Assembly: GCA_024704765.1 (NCBI GenBank)
Contig: JAKMXF010000332.1
Span: 292,018-356,017, forward strand
From: Oopsacas minuta
Taxonomy: Eukaryota; Animalia; Porifera
Direction of reading: 5' to 3'
Length of the DNA: 64,000 nt
Shown here: piece by piece, positions 1 through 11,350 of the stretch
Layout: every line of letters starts with the position of its first letter
Position numbering within the stretch: position 1 is the stretch's first letter
Notes under the pieces: generated by a model
What the model saw: the letters and a program-made list of their open reading frames with translations, nothing else
Database searches by the model: none
Told to the model about the DNA's origin: nothing
Program-made: the position numbers and the translations under genes

Positions 1-190
1 CTGAACTCTGGGGTCATTCGTGACCCCAATGAAGAATGTACATGCTGAACTCTGGGGTCATTCGTGACCCCAATGAAGAATGTACATGCTGAACTCTGGG
101 GTCATTCGTTACCCCAATGAATAGTGTACATGCAGGACTCTGGGGTCATTCGTTACCCCAATGAAGAATGTACAGGCTGAACTCTGGGTC
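1..190. repeat. 44-bp tandem repeat, about 4.3 copies
   Basis: Unit CTGAACTCTGGGGTCATTCGTGACCCCAATGAAGAATGTACATG starts at 1, 45, 89, 133 and partially at 177. Each unit contains the hairpin GGGGTCA-TTCG-TGACCCC (one mismatch in units 3 and 4). Confidence 0.95.
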
Positions 191-238
191 ATCTCGTGTG
201 GGGTCATAAGTGACCCCAGTGGGTACTTTGGAGGTTAA
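1..238. mobile_element. piggyBac-like terminus (right end) with subterminal tandem repeats
   Basis: The reverse complement of 200-238 reads TTAA-CCTCCAAAGTACCCACTGGGGTCACTTATGACCCC: TTAA site at 235-238, CC terminus and a GGGGTCA..TGACCCC palindrome, typical of piggyBac-type ends. The other end lies outside the window. Confidence 0.55.
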
Positions 239-274
239 TAATGGTCTCTCTGGCTTAATAATGGTCTCTCTGGC
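235..274. repeat. 20-bp direct tandem duplication
   Basis: TTAATAATGGTCTCTCTGGC at 235-254 and 255-274. Confidence 0.9.
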
Positions 275-543
275 AAAGTTTTGCTCAAAATCCCAATATT
301 TATATCGATTGTAATTACTTAATATACCTACGTATATGATTATCGTACCTACCCTAAATACCCACATAGAGTGTTCTTTGACTGTGTTATATTCTCATGA
401 TATTCATACAACACTTCAGAGTGAATTAATTATTTGTTGTTGGGATTAAATCACAAATATTCAATGCCCTAAAAATACTGCTATACATTTACAATCCCCA
501 GGACAAGTGAATTAGAAAACTAGAAAATCAATCATTCGTAGTA

Positions 544-809
544 CTGTAAAACTTGTTTATAATGGCTAACGAATGTACTGACAAAAATGACAGCTATGTA
601 AAGGTGGTGGCTTGTGAGATTGGCCGTTATAGACAAGTTTATATTCAGTAAAAGGCCAGTAATTTATTGTGGCTGCTGGCCACGTTTAGCAGGTGGTCGC
701 CATACAGATGTCATTATAATTGAAATCGTAGTTGATTCCTTTTTGGTTGCCGCCATATGAATGTGACCTGTATACCTATACAGAGCTGGTAGTTAAGCAA
801 GGTTGACTG
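544..809. mobile_element. degenerate Tigger/pogo-type MITE
   Basis: Ends TA|CTGTAAAACTTGTTTA and TAAGCAAGGTTGACTG|TA form an imperfect CAGTnAAnCT-type TIR with TA flanks. Confidence 0.5.
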
Positions 810-1468
810 TATAATTGAAAAATTCCAGGTAAATGCTCACCTTTATGTTCTTTGAGGTCTCAAACATCATTTTCTAAATGCACAACAATTCCTTTCTGCT
901 CCTTAATTGAATTATCTTTATCAAATATATGACCTTGCAGACAATTTGAAGTTTTTGGAAAAGATGTGTAGGTATCATTAAGCCTTGAGTAATTTGTTCT
1001 TTGTATGTTTTCACTTATTCGTTACTTAATTTGTAAGGAAATGGTTGCGTTGATATAGTTGAGTAATTATGATATCGTAGTGGTACTGGTTTATACACCT
1101 GCTCTTACACTAAAGGATCTTGTAATGCGGATTTAGTTTACAGACCTGCACCTTTGGCAGCACTATCTTTCTTTATATTATAAACTATGAATAGCCACTA
1201 TTTATTAGAAACATAGTTGTCGTATCTAGTGTGAAATACTATACTTCGCTTGCTTCTATAATCTAGATGTTTGCATTCTGCAGATACCAGACATTAAAGT
1301 ACTGAGCACAGTTCAAATACTACTTAATGGATGCCTAAGTTGTTAGAACAAAGGGAACCTTTTTTCTTGTCAGTAAAGATAATCCACTATGTTTTTGTCA
1401 GTTTGAGTTTGCCTATATGAATGTACTTTGTGAAGTCAAGAAAGTTTAATCGTGTCATAATTTTACTA

Positions 1469-1634
1469 CATTGGAGTCTCGTTAATATCAACATGGTTAA
1501 GATTTAACTCCAGATAGGAGTTCACTTTATCAGACCCCTTCAATGCCTTTTCAATGTAAATTAGTTCGGATAATTCGTACTACGGATAAAGAGTATGTAT
1601 TTGGCAGGGTGTACGTATTAACGAGACTCTACTG
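1469..1634. mobile_element. Tigger/pogo-type MITE, same family as 48784-48933
   Basis: TIR CA(T)TGGAGTCTCGTTAATA / TATTAACGAGACTCTACTG with TA flanks. The internal sequence ATGCCTTTTCAATGTAAATTAGTTCGGATAA is shared with the copy at 48784. Confidence 0.7.
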
Positions 1635-2114
1635 TATTACCGTCTGTATACTTATGATCTGCTATCAATGCGAGTGGATGGTTTTCCGACTGTCATACAT
1701 TTATCTTGAGTCCCAGACCATGAACATATTGTTCTAGAACAGATTATCTATTTAATTCTGCTTCAATATATAATCTTGATTCGGGTATCCTTGCTCACAC
1801 ATTTCGGCTACTTCGAAGTGGTCCGAAATCATTGTTTTAAATGTTTCATCAGCATCTTTACGGATTTTTGATTGTAATTCGAAATAACTACATGTAAAAT
1901 TTTCAAGCTGGATTATTGTTGAGAAGCGTCTAATTGTTGTATGTTCTATAATAAGTGCCCGCATGCACTATCTATCTTACGTTCATATGTTGTGTACTTT
2001 ATTCGCACGCGCTATTTACTTATCGCGTATACAATTGTACTTTTTAATACCTCCTATGCCACGAAGATCTTCAGTTATTTGTGTGCAAATCTTCACTTAT
2101 TCTTTTCTTCTCAG

Positions 2115-2511
2115 GTTTACGAATTACTCAAGACCTCTTGCGTCTCACTTACCGTTATAGAAGGCGATGAACTTATGAACTGTGGCCTAGGGGGAATATT
2201 TGGTGTTGGTAAACAAGCTTCAAGTATGTCCAAATTCGTTGTTTTGAGTTACACTCCAGTAGGAGCAACTCTTGTTTACAGTTGGGTTGGCAAAGGAATT
2301 GTTTATGATACTGGAGGTCTTTCATTGAAACCGAAAGGTTTCATGGCTGGGATGAAACGAGATTGTGGCGGCGCAGCTGCTATCTTAGGGGCTTTTTACG
2401 CACTTGTTACTCAGGAGTTTTCCCAAACTTTACATGCTATTCTTTGTCTTGCAGAAAATGCTATAGGACCCAAAGCTACTCGTCCAGATGATATACATAC
2501 ACTATACTCGG
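2115..2511 (+). CDS. NPEPL1: probable aminopeptidase NPEPL1 (M17 family), internal exon
   Basis: Polypyrimidine acceptor TTCTTTTCTTCTCAG|2115. The exon encodes VYELLK..GLGGIFGVGK..WVGKGIVYDTGGLSLK..GMKRDCGGAAA..LAENAIGPKATRPDDIHTLYSG, with the M17 Lys/Asp ligands and NPEPL1-like wording. Donor G|GTAATA at 2511/2512. Confidence 0.9.
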
Positions 2512-3345
2512 GTAATATTATAAATTCTACTTTTATAAGTACTACTCTGTGATCAGTTCTGCATCTCTAGAGCAATATTGGACACTGAAATTCACTAATT
2601 GAAATTTGAACCATAATTCCTATTTATTCACTTGTCAACAACTTAAGGATACTCTTTCTAACAACTTCAGTATTGACCAAAATCCTCGTGACATTTACCA
2701 TTAGGCCGCTGTTAGTTTGAAAGATGTTTCAGCTCCACCGCCCGCATCTGACTTGGCTACCGCATAAACATTGTTATTATTGTCATTATTTCACCATTTA
2801 CTTAATGTATTTCTACTGCAAGGTGTGTAAACTGGCCAGAGTACAATAGTATCTTTTTCATGGACTAGCCTATTTCACATCAAAATTGTCTTAGTAATTA
2901 TACTATTTTTTATGAATGAAGTCAATTTACCAATTTTCCAGCTGATACCTCACAAAATAATGAGATAATTATCATGAACCGTCCACCCGCATGCATATTC
3001 AAATGGATCTAATGTAGAGCTGAAACTAGTTTCTCATTAACTATGCCCTTAACTATACTAAGAAGGAAAATTCATCGTTTTAAATTTTTAACTATGTTTT
3101 GCCATTGTCAAATACAATGGAGTCGAAGTCATGTCCTTAGATTGTGGAATACGTTAATTCATATTTCGTATTGACGAAATCAAAAGTTTATATGTACTTG
3201 TGTAGTTCATTGCCTTGACAAACAGAAATTCGTTACCAGAGGTTACCTGTAAAGCTGCAGTGGATTTAATGAGCACCTTAGGGTAGGTCTGCATTTGTTT
3301 AATATCTAGGCATTTGAAATTAGCTGTTTTTGGTCTTCCGATGCT

Positions 3346-3520
3346 AAAGGTTCGATTGTTCAGGATGCAACTGAGTATTCTTTGGCGAATAATTCAACAC
3401 TCCATTACCAACCAAGAATCAGTATCCGGTATTCGGTTGGCCCCACACCGAATATTTTCAGTATTCAGTTTGGCTACTACTCAGGAATACTGATATTTGG
3501 TCCGAGCGGTTTCCACCTTA
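3346..3520. mobile_element. degenerate hAT-type MITE related to 25543-25726 (opposite orientation)
   Basis: Shared ACCGAATA/TATTCGGT internal repeats; the terminus GGTTTCCACCTTA resembles the reverse complement of CAAGGTTGAAACC. Confidence 0.45.
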
Positions 3521-3681
3521 AAATATTTCTACGTTCAGTATTTTGCATAGATTTGCTTCATTTATGAAAAATTACCTATTATTTATAATTTTGGGATAAT
3601 GCAAAATATGTTAATTAGTGTTATTCTAAACAATAGTACCGCTAAAAGTTCAGAAGTTATTAAAAGAAGGATATCGACTAA

Positions 3682-3864
3682 GCTATGAATGAGGTCAATT
3701 ACTGGTTCAAAGTGATTTGATGAGTTCGTTGAATACATAGCTGTATTGCTGTATTTGTGATGTTGAGAGCTATATTGATATCACGTCCAGTGACATTCTT
3801 TTTTCTTGACATCATTGTGTAGATTGGCAACAAAAATGTCAACATCAAGCATCTTAGAAAAAGC
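3682..3864 (-). pseudogene. C-terminal half of the OTU protease of Ginger-like element B
   Basis: After removing the mariner, WGSDVEII (10322 side) continues in frame as AFSKMLDVDIFVAN...STNSSNHFEPV (OTU His loop). One internal stop. Confidence 0.75.
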
Positions 3865-6159
3865 TACAAGAGTTGTTCAATAAATTATGAGACTTTTTTT
3901 CATAATTTTGTAGTAAATCTATACTTATCATAATTGATTATCAAATGCTTTGATAAATTCCCCTTTAACTTTATACATCGTTTCCATCGCTCTGGTAACT
4001 TTTCCAGCCCAATGGTATAGAATTCTTTAGGGGCCTCCATTTCCCACTGTTTATTTCGTACTCCAGCCTTTTGAAATCCTCAAATCTCTTCCCTCGAAGG
4101 GGCCTATCATCTCTCCAAACAGCCAGTAGTCGCTTGGAGTCAGGTCTGGGATGAGGGAGGCATTCGAATCCTAAGTCGTCAATTGCAGCCATTGTATTGG
4201 AACTTACATGGGGCCTTGCGTTGTCATGTTGCAGCGATACGCCACGTGTCAACTTGCCTCGCCTCTCACGTTTAATCGCTTGACGCAATTCTTTCAATTC
4301 GTCAACGAAATAATCACTGTTTATGTTGGTCTTCTCAGCAACCAGTCGAGGTGTATAATTCCTTCCCTATCCCCAAATACTGTTGCTATTCTCTTCCCTG
4401 CTGATTTTGCGGCCTTTACCTTGATGAGTACAGGTTCATCACGTCTCTTCCACTGCTTCGATTGAGTTTTGCTCTCTTGTTCATAATAATGAAATCAAAT
4501 TTCATCCCCCCTTCTCTTACGATCCAAAGGTTTTCCTCTACCTTGTATCTTGAAAGTAATTCCTTGCTAACTCTGACCCTTTCGCGTTTTTGTTCTTTTG
4601 AAAGAAGTTTTGGGTCCCAACGCGCAGTTACCTTCGACATTTCCAGATCTTTAGTGATAATCGAGTGTAGTGTAGCTTTTGATATACGTATCCTCTCTTC
4701 TAACTCGCGCAGGGTTATTAGTCTGTCCTCGTCCAAAATTGTTTGGACCCTCTCGATATTACTGGGGTTTTTAGGAAGTCGGAAGACCTGGACGAGGGTA
4801 ATCGTGGAGGTCTGTTGCGAGGATTTTAACCCGCAATACAAAATCCCAATACCATATCCATGGTGCGGGCCAAAATCCTACGACCTAATATATGCGTAGG
4901 GTTTTGACCCGCATCAAAATGTGTTATTGTCGTAGGATTCTGACCAGCATATGAGGTCGTAGGATTTTGACTCTAAAGTAATCTTACTTCTCTGTCATGT
5001 GACTTTTTCGAATTTCATACACTCTTATTACGTAATTACCACTAAATGTACGTAAAGTAATTCAACTTTAGACTAGCTATACTTATACCTAACTGAATAA
5101 ACAAGTCAATTTAGAGTTGGATTCTAGAAAGTAGTGAATTTGTTTGATAACATGTAAACTATGTTCCCACTACATATAACAAATTTACAATATGTATAAT
5201 TATCCAAAATGCCAAAAATAGGCAGTGTATGTAAATATTTTGTAATAATATTACTTAGACTGAAGGTGGTAGGTATTTGATAATTGTATTTAATAACTCA
5301 TAATAAATAATATAATTTAATATGTCAATTTATATATTGCAATATATTCTATCAAATGACAAATTTTTGCAAGCATTAGCATGGTAATAAATATTCGGAA
5401 TATCTTAAGTATGAATTGTAGGCGATTTCATCTTTGCCCATTTCTCTATACTTCCTAACAAGTTTTAGGGAATATACCATTGAAATATGTTTATCTATTG
5501 CACAAGTATAGACTATGCATTTGTTACGGGAGTCTTGATATAATGTTGATACACATATAGAGTTGAAGTGAAAACCGCGAGCCTCTGGCACGCTGCATAC
5601 TCCTGGATAAGACTAGATTTCTATAAACAAAACAAGTCAGCTGCGGTGGCCTCCTCCTTGCCCTTACAGCCATCCCCTATCGCTAAAAGTTTAACGCTAA
5701 CCTCACCTTGTTTATGTGTGCAGTGTAGGAGCGAGTTTGATGTGATTGCGATCACACCAAATTTAATTCTAAGCTGCAACATAAACGAATACGTACAATA
5801 AATCGTAATTTGACAGACACGCGAGAAGCTAACGGACCCCAAACGACCACAGACAAGGAGACATTAAAAGTTTAAAAATAGATAAGAAACTCGCTTGTAT
5901 CTGATTCCATGCTGTATTTCGTCTCGGCATAGACTCGTCAGTTACGCTTCCTTTTTCGCAATATACTTAGATGGTAGAGTGATGATATTTGCCACTAGGG
6001 ATGTGCTGTTGCAGGTCGCGTTTCCATTATCTGGGCTCACCATACTATATAAGGATTGCCTGAATAACCTCGGGCAGAGGTCCCCACAAAGTTCGATGTA
6101 CCTTGCCTTTGAGCGCTTTCGAATGATGGAAAAGAGTCGTGAATCGCTAAGAATTAGTC

Positions 6160-7215
6160 AGAAGAGTGCAAGAGGTAGAATACAGTATTGAGTGATCCGA
6201 TGAAAGTGTCACAGTCTCAAAGTTGGATAATTGGTTTTCTCATTCCGTCATATTTGTAGAGTTGCCCGTTTTGGTAAAGGATTGAATAAAAGTGTCTATT
6301 ACTCAATATACTAAAGCCAGCAAGTTGGTAGTGAAGTGTCCGTTGGTTGTGGCTGATGGTAGAGTGTTTGTCAATATCACTTACAAAAATGTCTGGCAAT
6401 TCGGGTAGATGTCCGATTTCAACTGTTAGCATGACAGGTATTGACTTGAATTGACCAGATATCCTCTCTAAGACATCAGTAGTTGATCCACAAGACTTTC
6501 ATTTAATAGGAATGAGACTTCGATTAACAGATGATTCCAGGTTTGTAATAACGCCTCCTATATTATTAATCATGGATTGTGTCTCAAAGATATTGGTGCA
6601 TTGGTGGTATTGGAAGATAGTGAAATATTTGTCGTTGCACAAATCTTCTGTTCGTAAATATTTGATGATGTTACCCTCTGATCCAAAGAAATCGTAAGAC
6701 CGTATCAATCCTGAGGAATTATAAATAACTTCAAGCCCAATTTTAGTAGCAACATATTCTCGAAGTTTCTCAAATTCATAATTAACAGCCAATTCGAATA
6801 TGTAGTGGAATTCAGCTTCAATATGTGTACTTCCGATTAACTTCAGTGAGTTTATGATGGTTGCTTTATTCGGACTAAGAATAGTCAGTATATTGTCGAT
6901 AGAACAGGTGTTAGATTGCACGATGTTGTTATACTCTCCTCCCCATATAAGATATGGGATAAGATCTGATGCATTTTGTATACATTGTTCGGGTATTTTA
7001 ATGATCTCATGAACTTGCTCAGTTGGGGATATTAACTCAATTATTACTGGTAATAGAACAGCAATTGGATATTCAAGATCTCTTCGTGTCTCTTCAGGTA
7101 TTTCAGTAGGATAGGAGGAACGATATTCTGTGTACCAATTACCTGCTGATACAGCAAGTTTCTCCTTAATCTCAAAATTTAGTTCGTTGGGTGGATGATA
7201 AGAATATAGTAAATA
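6160..7215 (-). pseudogene. USP/peptidase-C19-like cysteine protease module of Ginger A
   Basis: Reading frame contains IWGGEYNNIVQSNTCSIDNIL (candidate Cys box) and P.MLTVE...YQLAGFSILSNRHFYSILYQNGQLYKYDGM (candidate His/Asp box). Stop near 6499 and TGA at 6217. Confidence 0.55.
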
Positions 7216-7569
7216 TAATGAAGTTAGAGATGCAGCTTTTGTAGCGAGTTTCTCATGGAGTTAGGTTAAGTAGGTGTTATTGACAAGGGCTGATAGTATC
7301 CGAGGTTTCAATAAGTAGCTCAGAGTCGATTTTTTCATAGATTGAGTGTTGTTGCAGTGTTACAAGTGTTTCTTCCATGGTATCCAGGTTCAATATATCA
7401 TCCAATGAATCTAAATACATAATAAATATGTGAAATGTAGGATTGCTATTACGTATTAATCGAATCAATACAGAACACAACTAGTTTTATATGTACTTAA
7501 TCATGGGCTGAGTCAATTAGCTATAGTTCAGTACAATGTTTTCTCGTTAATATATTTACCGCTAGAAGG

Positions 7570-9787
7570 GAATTTGCAAGATCATTTGGACTTCTTTGAT
7601 TTTCCTGTCTTCGTTCGAACCTGCCCTTTTTCGTTCATGCGAGAATGATATTTTCGTGATAGATGGATAGGTAATTTGGTTGTTTTCCTATTTGGGTCTT
7701 TGCGAGAAACTATGTGGTTTTGTTTAACTTTCTCTATCGTATATGGTCCCAAATATTTCTTTGCATCTTTTGTTCTTGGGAGTCGCTTGGCTTCTTTATA
7801 TTATGTACAAGTACTTCATCTCCTTCCACAAATTCTGATCTAAAGTTAAAACAATGATTATACAAAGAATTGTAATCTGCCAATTACGTACAGTTTGGAT
7901 GATGCTAATTTTATAACTAAAAGTAGGTGTCTTGGAATTTATGAATTCATATAATTGAGGAAACAATAAATTAATTCCGATTCGAGACTATTGCATATTT
8001 ACCTGATTATACAACAGTCAGTAAATTTAATTTGATTTTAGTAAGAGATAATGTATGAAATTCCAACATGTTACATCACAACAAGAATGTGTTTCGTTAT
8101 TGCTTACCTGTTGTGTTTAACTTTGTGTCATATGTATTCTTTTGAACTTTCTGATCTGCCTTGATGTTTCAATAGCAGTCATCCTGTCAGCTTTACGTGT
8201 GGAAGAAAGATTTTTCTATCCATTCGTTATCAATTATAGGAAAGTCAAATGGGTGTGGTTCGTTTGCATCCATTTGAATATTCTCATCTTCTGATACTTC
8301 TGCCTCTGAGATATCAACTTCGGTTAGTAATCCGGGGTTAGTTGGAGAAGTGATAAGATTGAGAAGGTTAGATGAATCAAAGTCTCTCCCAAACATGAGA
8401 TAAAAGGGTGTGTAGCTTGTAGAGATTTTGGTTTGAGTATTTGCTGCTAGTACTGCTGTCTGTAATTCTCTGTCCATTCAGTTTCCCCATCAGATTGCAT
8501 CTTGTTGATTTTTCTATTTGTAAAAAGTGTTAAATTGATTCAAAGCTATCTAATTATAAACAACGTGCATTAAACGTATGTTAGGCTTATAATATATATA
8601 TATATATATATATTTGTATTTAGCATCAATACTCACGTTTTCAATATTTTGTTGTGTGACTCAATAAATCCGTTACTTTGTGGGTGGTATACTGTGGTTC
8701 TTCTGCTGTTGAAATTTATCTTTTTGTGAAATTCTTGAAGTTCCTATTTAGGAAGTAAATAAGAGAATGATAACAATCTACTATGCGCATGTATTTAGTC
8801 CAGTACAACGATAATTAGAAAGATAAAAAGAGTAATAAGGTAAATTTTTCTACCCGAAGGTAGTAGCATCAATTCGTAAATTCGTATTTATTAGTATTTA
8901 ACATAATTTAAAATCCAATTTTCCACACGGTTTCTTAAATATGGCCTTCAGGACGCACAATTTCTTGCCAGGGTATTTATTGAAGCAATGCGCTGACAAT
9001 TGACAATGCAATATGTTACGTACTTATATCCAATTTAGTAAGTTGCATTGTGTATCGGGAATAATTTACTTGCTGTATTTACAATTACTAATCTAGAGAA
9101 TGTAATAAATATGGGCTACCTTACTTGGGAATTCTGTTCACTGATCATGTTGGAGGATGTTAGATACGCCGAATGAGAGATAAATTTCTTGTAAACAATC
9201 CAATATTTCTTTAGAAGTTTTAGTTTTGAGTGGTCGGGCAATTACTAATTTACTCAGTTAGCACACGATTACAAGAATGTGCTGAAATCCAAGTACAATG
9301 CGAGACAAATTGCATATTCAGTATTGATTCCAGGATGAGTGACATTGTGATAGAATCTGATAATATTGTCAATTTCTGAGACTAGTGGAATCTCATAGTA
9401 TTTCAAACAGCCATTTTTCTTTCTGAAAATCTACACCAAAATTATTTTTGTCAAACTCAGAGATTGTAGCTAGCATTGAGGGCCAGAGAGCCCCTTAGGG
9501 TTTTCGCCCTTCTCATCTCCCTGTTGTACGCGAATTTAATGAGACAACTACATATCTGCCTACTCACGGATATGTAGTTACCTCAAGATTTCCAATTATG
9601 TCCCAGGAATAAGTATAAATCAAAATATCATTCAGGAATATACCTTAATTAGCTTATTCTCTTGAAAGTAAATCCCCTTGCACTTTCTGACAAAATTCTT
9701 CTTTCTGTAGCGATCACTCTTGATTTCTGGTGGGATAATATTCGTCTGGAGTTATCCACGAATTGCTTCATACTCTGTCGCATCCAT
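7570..9787 (-). pseudogene. spliced DDE integrase/transposase of Ginger A
   Basis: ATG at 9787; exons 9787-9644, 9430-9120, 8743-8637, 8513-8108 and from about 7839, with GT-AG introns. Motifs YH..HPG (HHCC N-half), LQHDQ...YHPQSNGFIE (D35E), TPFYLMFGR and GDEVLV...LGPY (GPY/F). An internal deletion removes the first Asp; stops and frameshifts present. Confidence 0.85.
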
Positions 9788-10321
9788 AATGAAAAATGTC
9801 AAAAGCAAATATAAGTGTTGATCTTGAAATCTAGAAACAAAGTAAAATGTTAGTGTGTCCATTTAGGAAGTCACACATGTATAAATACGAATACTATGTG
9901 ACTAGGGATGAAATGTTGATATTACTTGATTTGCAATTGCTACTTGCGGGTCAAAATCCTACGCAACAGGTCCTTATCGCCATTATCAAAACGTTCGATC
10001 CATCTATATATGGTGGCTTTCGAAGGACATTCATCACAGAAAATATCCTGCATTTCAAGTAGAATGTATAAGTCAGTCTTCCACTCTTTCCACAGGTACC
10101 AAATTATTTGTCGTTTCCCTCTTTGCTCAAATCCATTAATTGAAAAAAGTAGGCTATACAAATAAAATTCTACTGAAGAGTATGCTAGTAGAGTGGAGAG
10201 TATATTGTATAGAAGTTAGGCATTCAAGTTAGTCTTGTAATCTAATATTAGGCTTAGAGCTGTATTAACTAGGAGATGAATTCGATACATTAGTCTCATT
10301 ACTTATTGAACAACCCTTGTA

Positions 10322-10700
10322 TTATCTCCACATCTGAACCCCAAATGGCATCTGTATCTATGTTAGACTTTTTCAAATACTGAATAGGTGTGACATCTTC
10401 AAATTTGTCTCTAGATATCGAGAAATAATGCTTGTACCCTGAACGGCTATAAATCGGCAAATTTCTGCACGAATCTTTGAAAAGCTCTCTTGAGAACCCG
10501 TTAAGATAGTGGATAAAGCACGAAATGGACAGTTTCCATCGCCAACTATTTCTAATTCTGAAAACGGTATGAAGCTGTTTATTTCCTCACCCAAATAAGC
10601 ATTTACTTATAGTAGAGCAGTTTATGAGTTAACCCAAGTTGCGCGCACACTTAGATTTTAACCAACCAAGCTTTGGTGATGCATAGATTGCCCTATCGTT
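10322..10700 (-). pseudogene. N-terminal half of the OTU protease of Ginger B
   Basis: EIVGDGNCPFRALSTILTGSQE..IRAEIC (OTU Cys loop), then IWGSDVEI up to the mariner TA. An upstream W..KC..LGL-type motif is present. Confidence 0.8.
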
Positions 10701-11350
10701 CTGGAGAGCTGGAGAAAAGATCTTATATGGGAAATATTCCTCATTGAATTTGGGTCAAGAATCTTTGCCTCCAGAAAGTTAACGTTCTAGAAATATGTGG
10801 TCAGTAATCTAATGGATAGCTGAAAGAATTCCTTACACTACTTCTCTTAATATATGTAACTTGTTTGTAGCAGACATATTTGCATAACAGTGATGAAAAA
10901 GTGAGTCTCGTTTGTGGCCGATATAATTAGGATCAGAGTGGGTCATCTGGCCATAGATCACCATAGGTAGCCCATAATTCACTTTGATTAGAATTCAGCA
11001 ATTAATCAATTAAATAACACATACCGTTGCATATAGAACGTGATTTTCCTAATCTAAAGGTTGGAGATTAGTTGTTTCTAGACAAGAGTACGCTGTTTTT
11101 GTCCACTCTACAGTGTCCCCAAGTATTTTCTCGCTAATGTAGTGAATATTAATAAATGAACGTATAAATCAATATTATTTATTTAATAGCGAAGTACTAT
11201 TTCAGGTGTAGAGCAATCCTTTAGGACATATGGTAAGATCGAGTTCGACAACATGAGGCCCTTTCCTTGTGTGTTAGATAGCTCTCTGAGAAGTTCTGAT
11301 GAATTTGTATTTTCTTTGATGTGATTAATAGCATTTTCCTATTGTATATA

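Larger units (their letters stand above)
4813..9968 (-). mobile_element. Ginger-like DNA transposon A, both termini present (5156 bp)
   Basis: Left end TGTTGCG-AGGATTTTAACCCGCAA; right end reverse complement TGTTGCGTAGGATTTTGACCCGCAA. Perfect 4-bp TSD GGTC (4809-4812 and 9969-9972). Contains an intron-containing Gypsy-like integrase and a protease-like C-terminus. Confidence 0.85.
3867..10319 (-). mobile_element. mariner (DD34D-type) element, about 1293 bp net, split by Ginger A
   Basis: TIRs CAAGAGTTGTTCAATAAATTATGAGACT (3867) and AGTCTCATTACTTATTGAACAACCCTTG (10319), with TA on both sides. The N-terminal HTH (9969-10161) joins 4812 as FDNGDKDLHDYPRPG; WDPKLL and HDNARPH motifs present; frameshifts. 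Confidence 0.9.

Noticed and set aside
1-190. CRISPR-like array (hairpin repeats)
   Set aside because: Units are contiguous and near-identical with no unique spacers, there are no cas genes and the context is eukaryotic.
146-367. 73-aa minus-strand ORF
   Set aside because: It is largely a translation of the tandem repeats and TE terminus, with no protein motif.
1941-2114. N-terminal part of ORF 1941-2552 as NPEPL1 coding sequence
   Set aside because: Homology starts at the acceptor at 2115. The upstream resemblance (e.g. LFARAIY, ALFTYR) is weak, spread over different frames and too short to fit.
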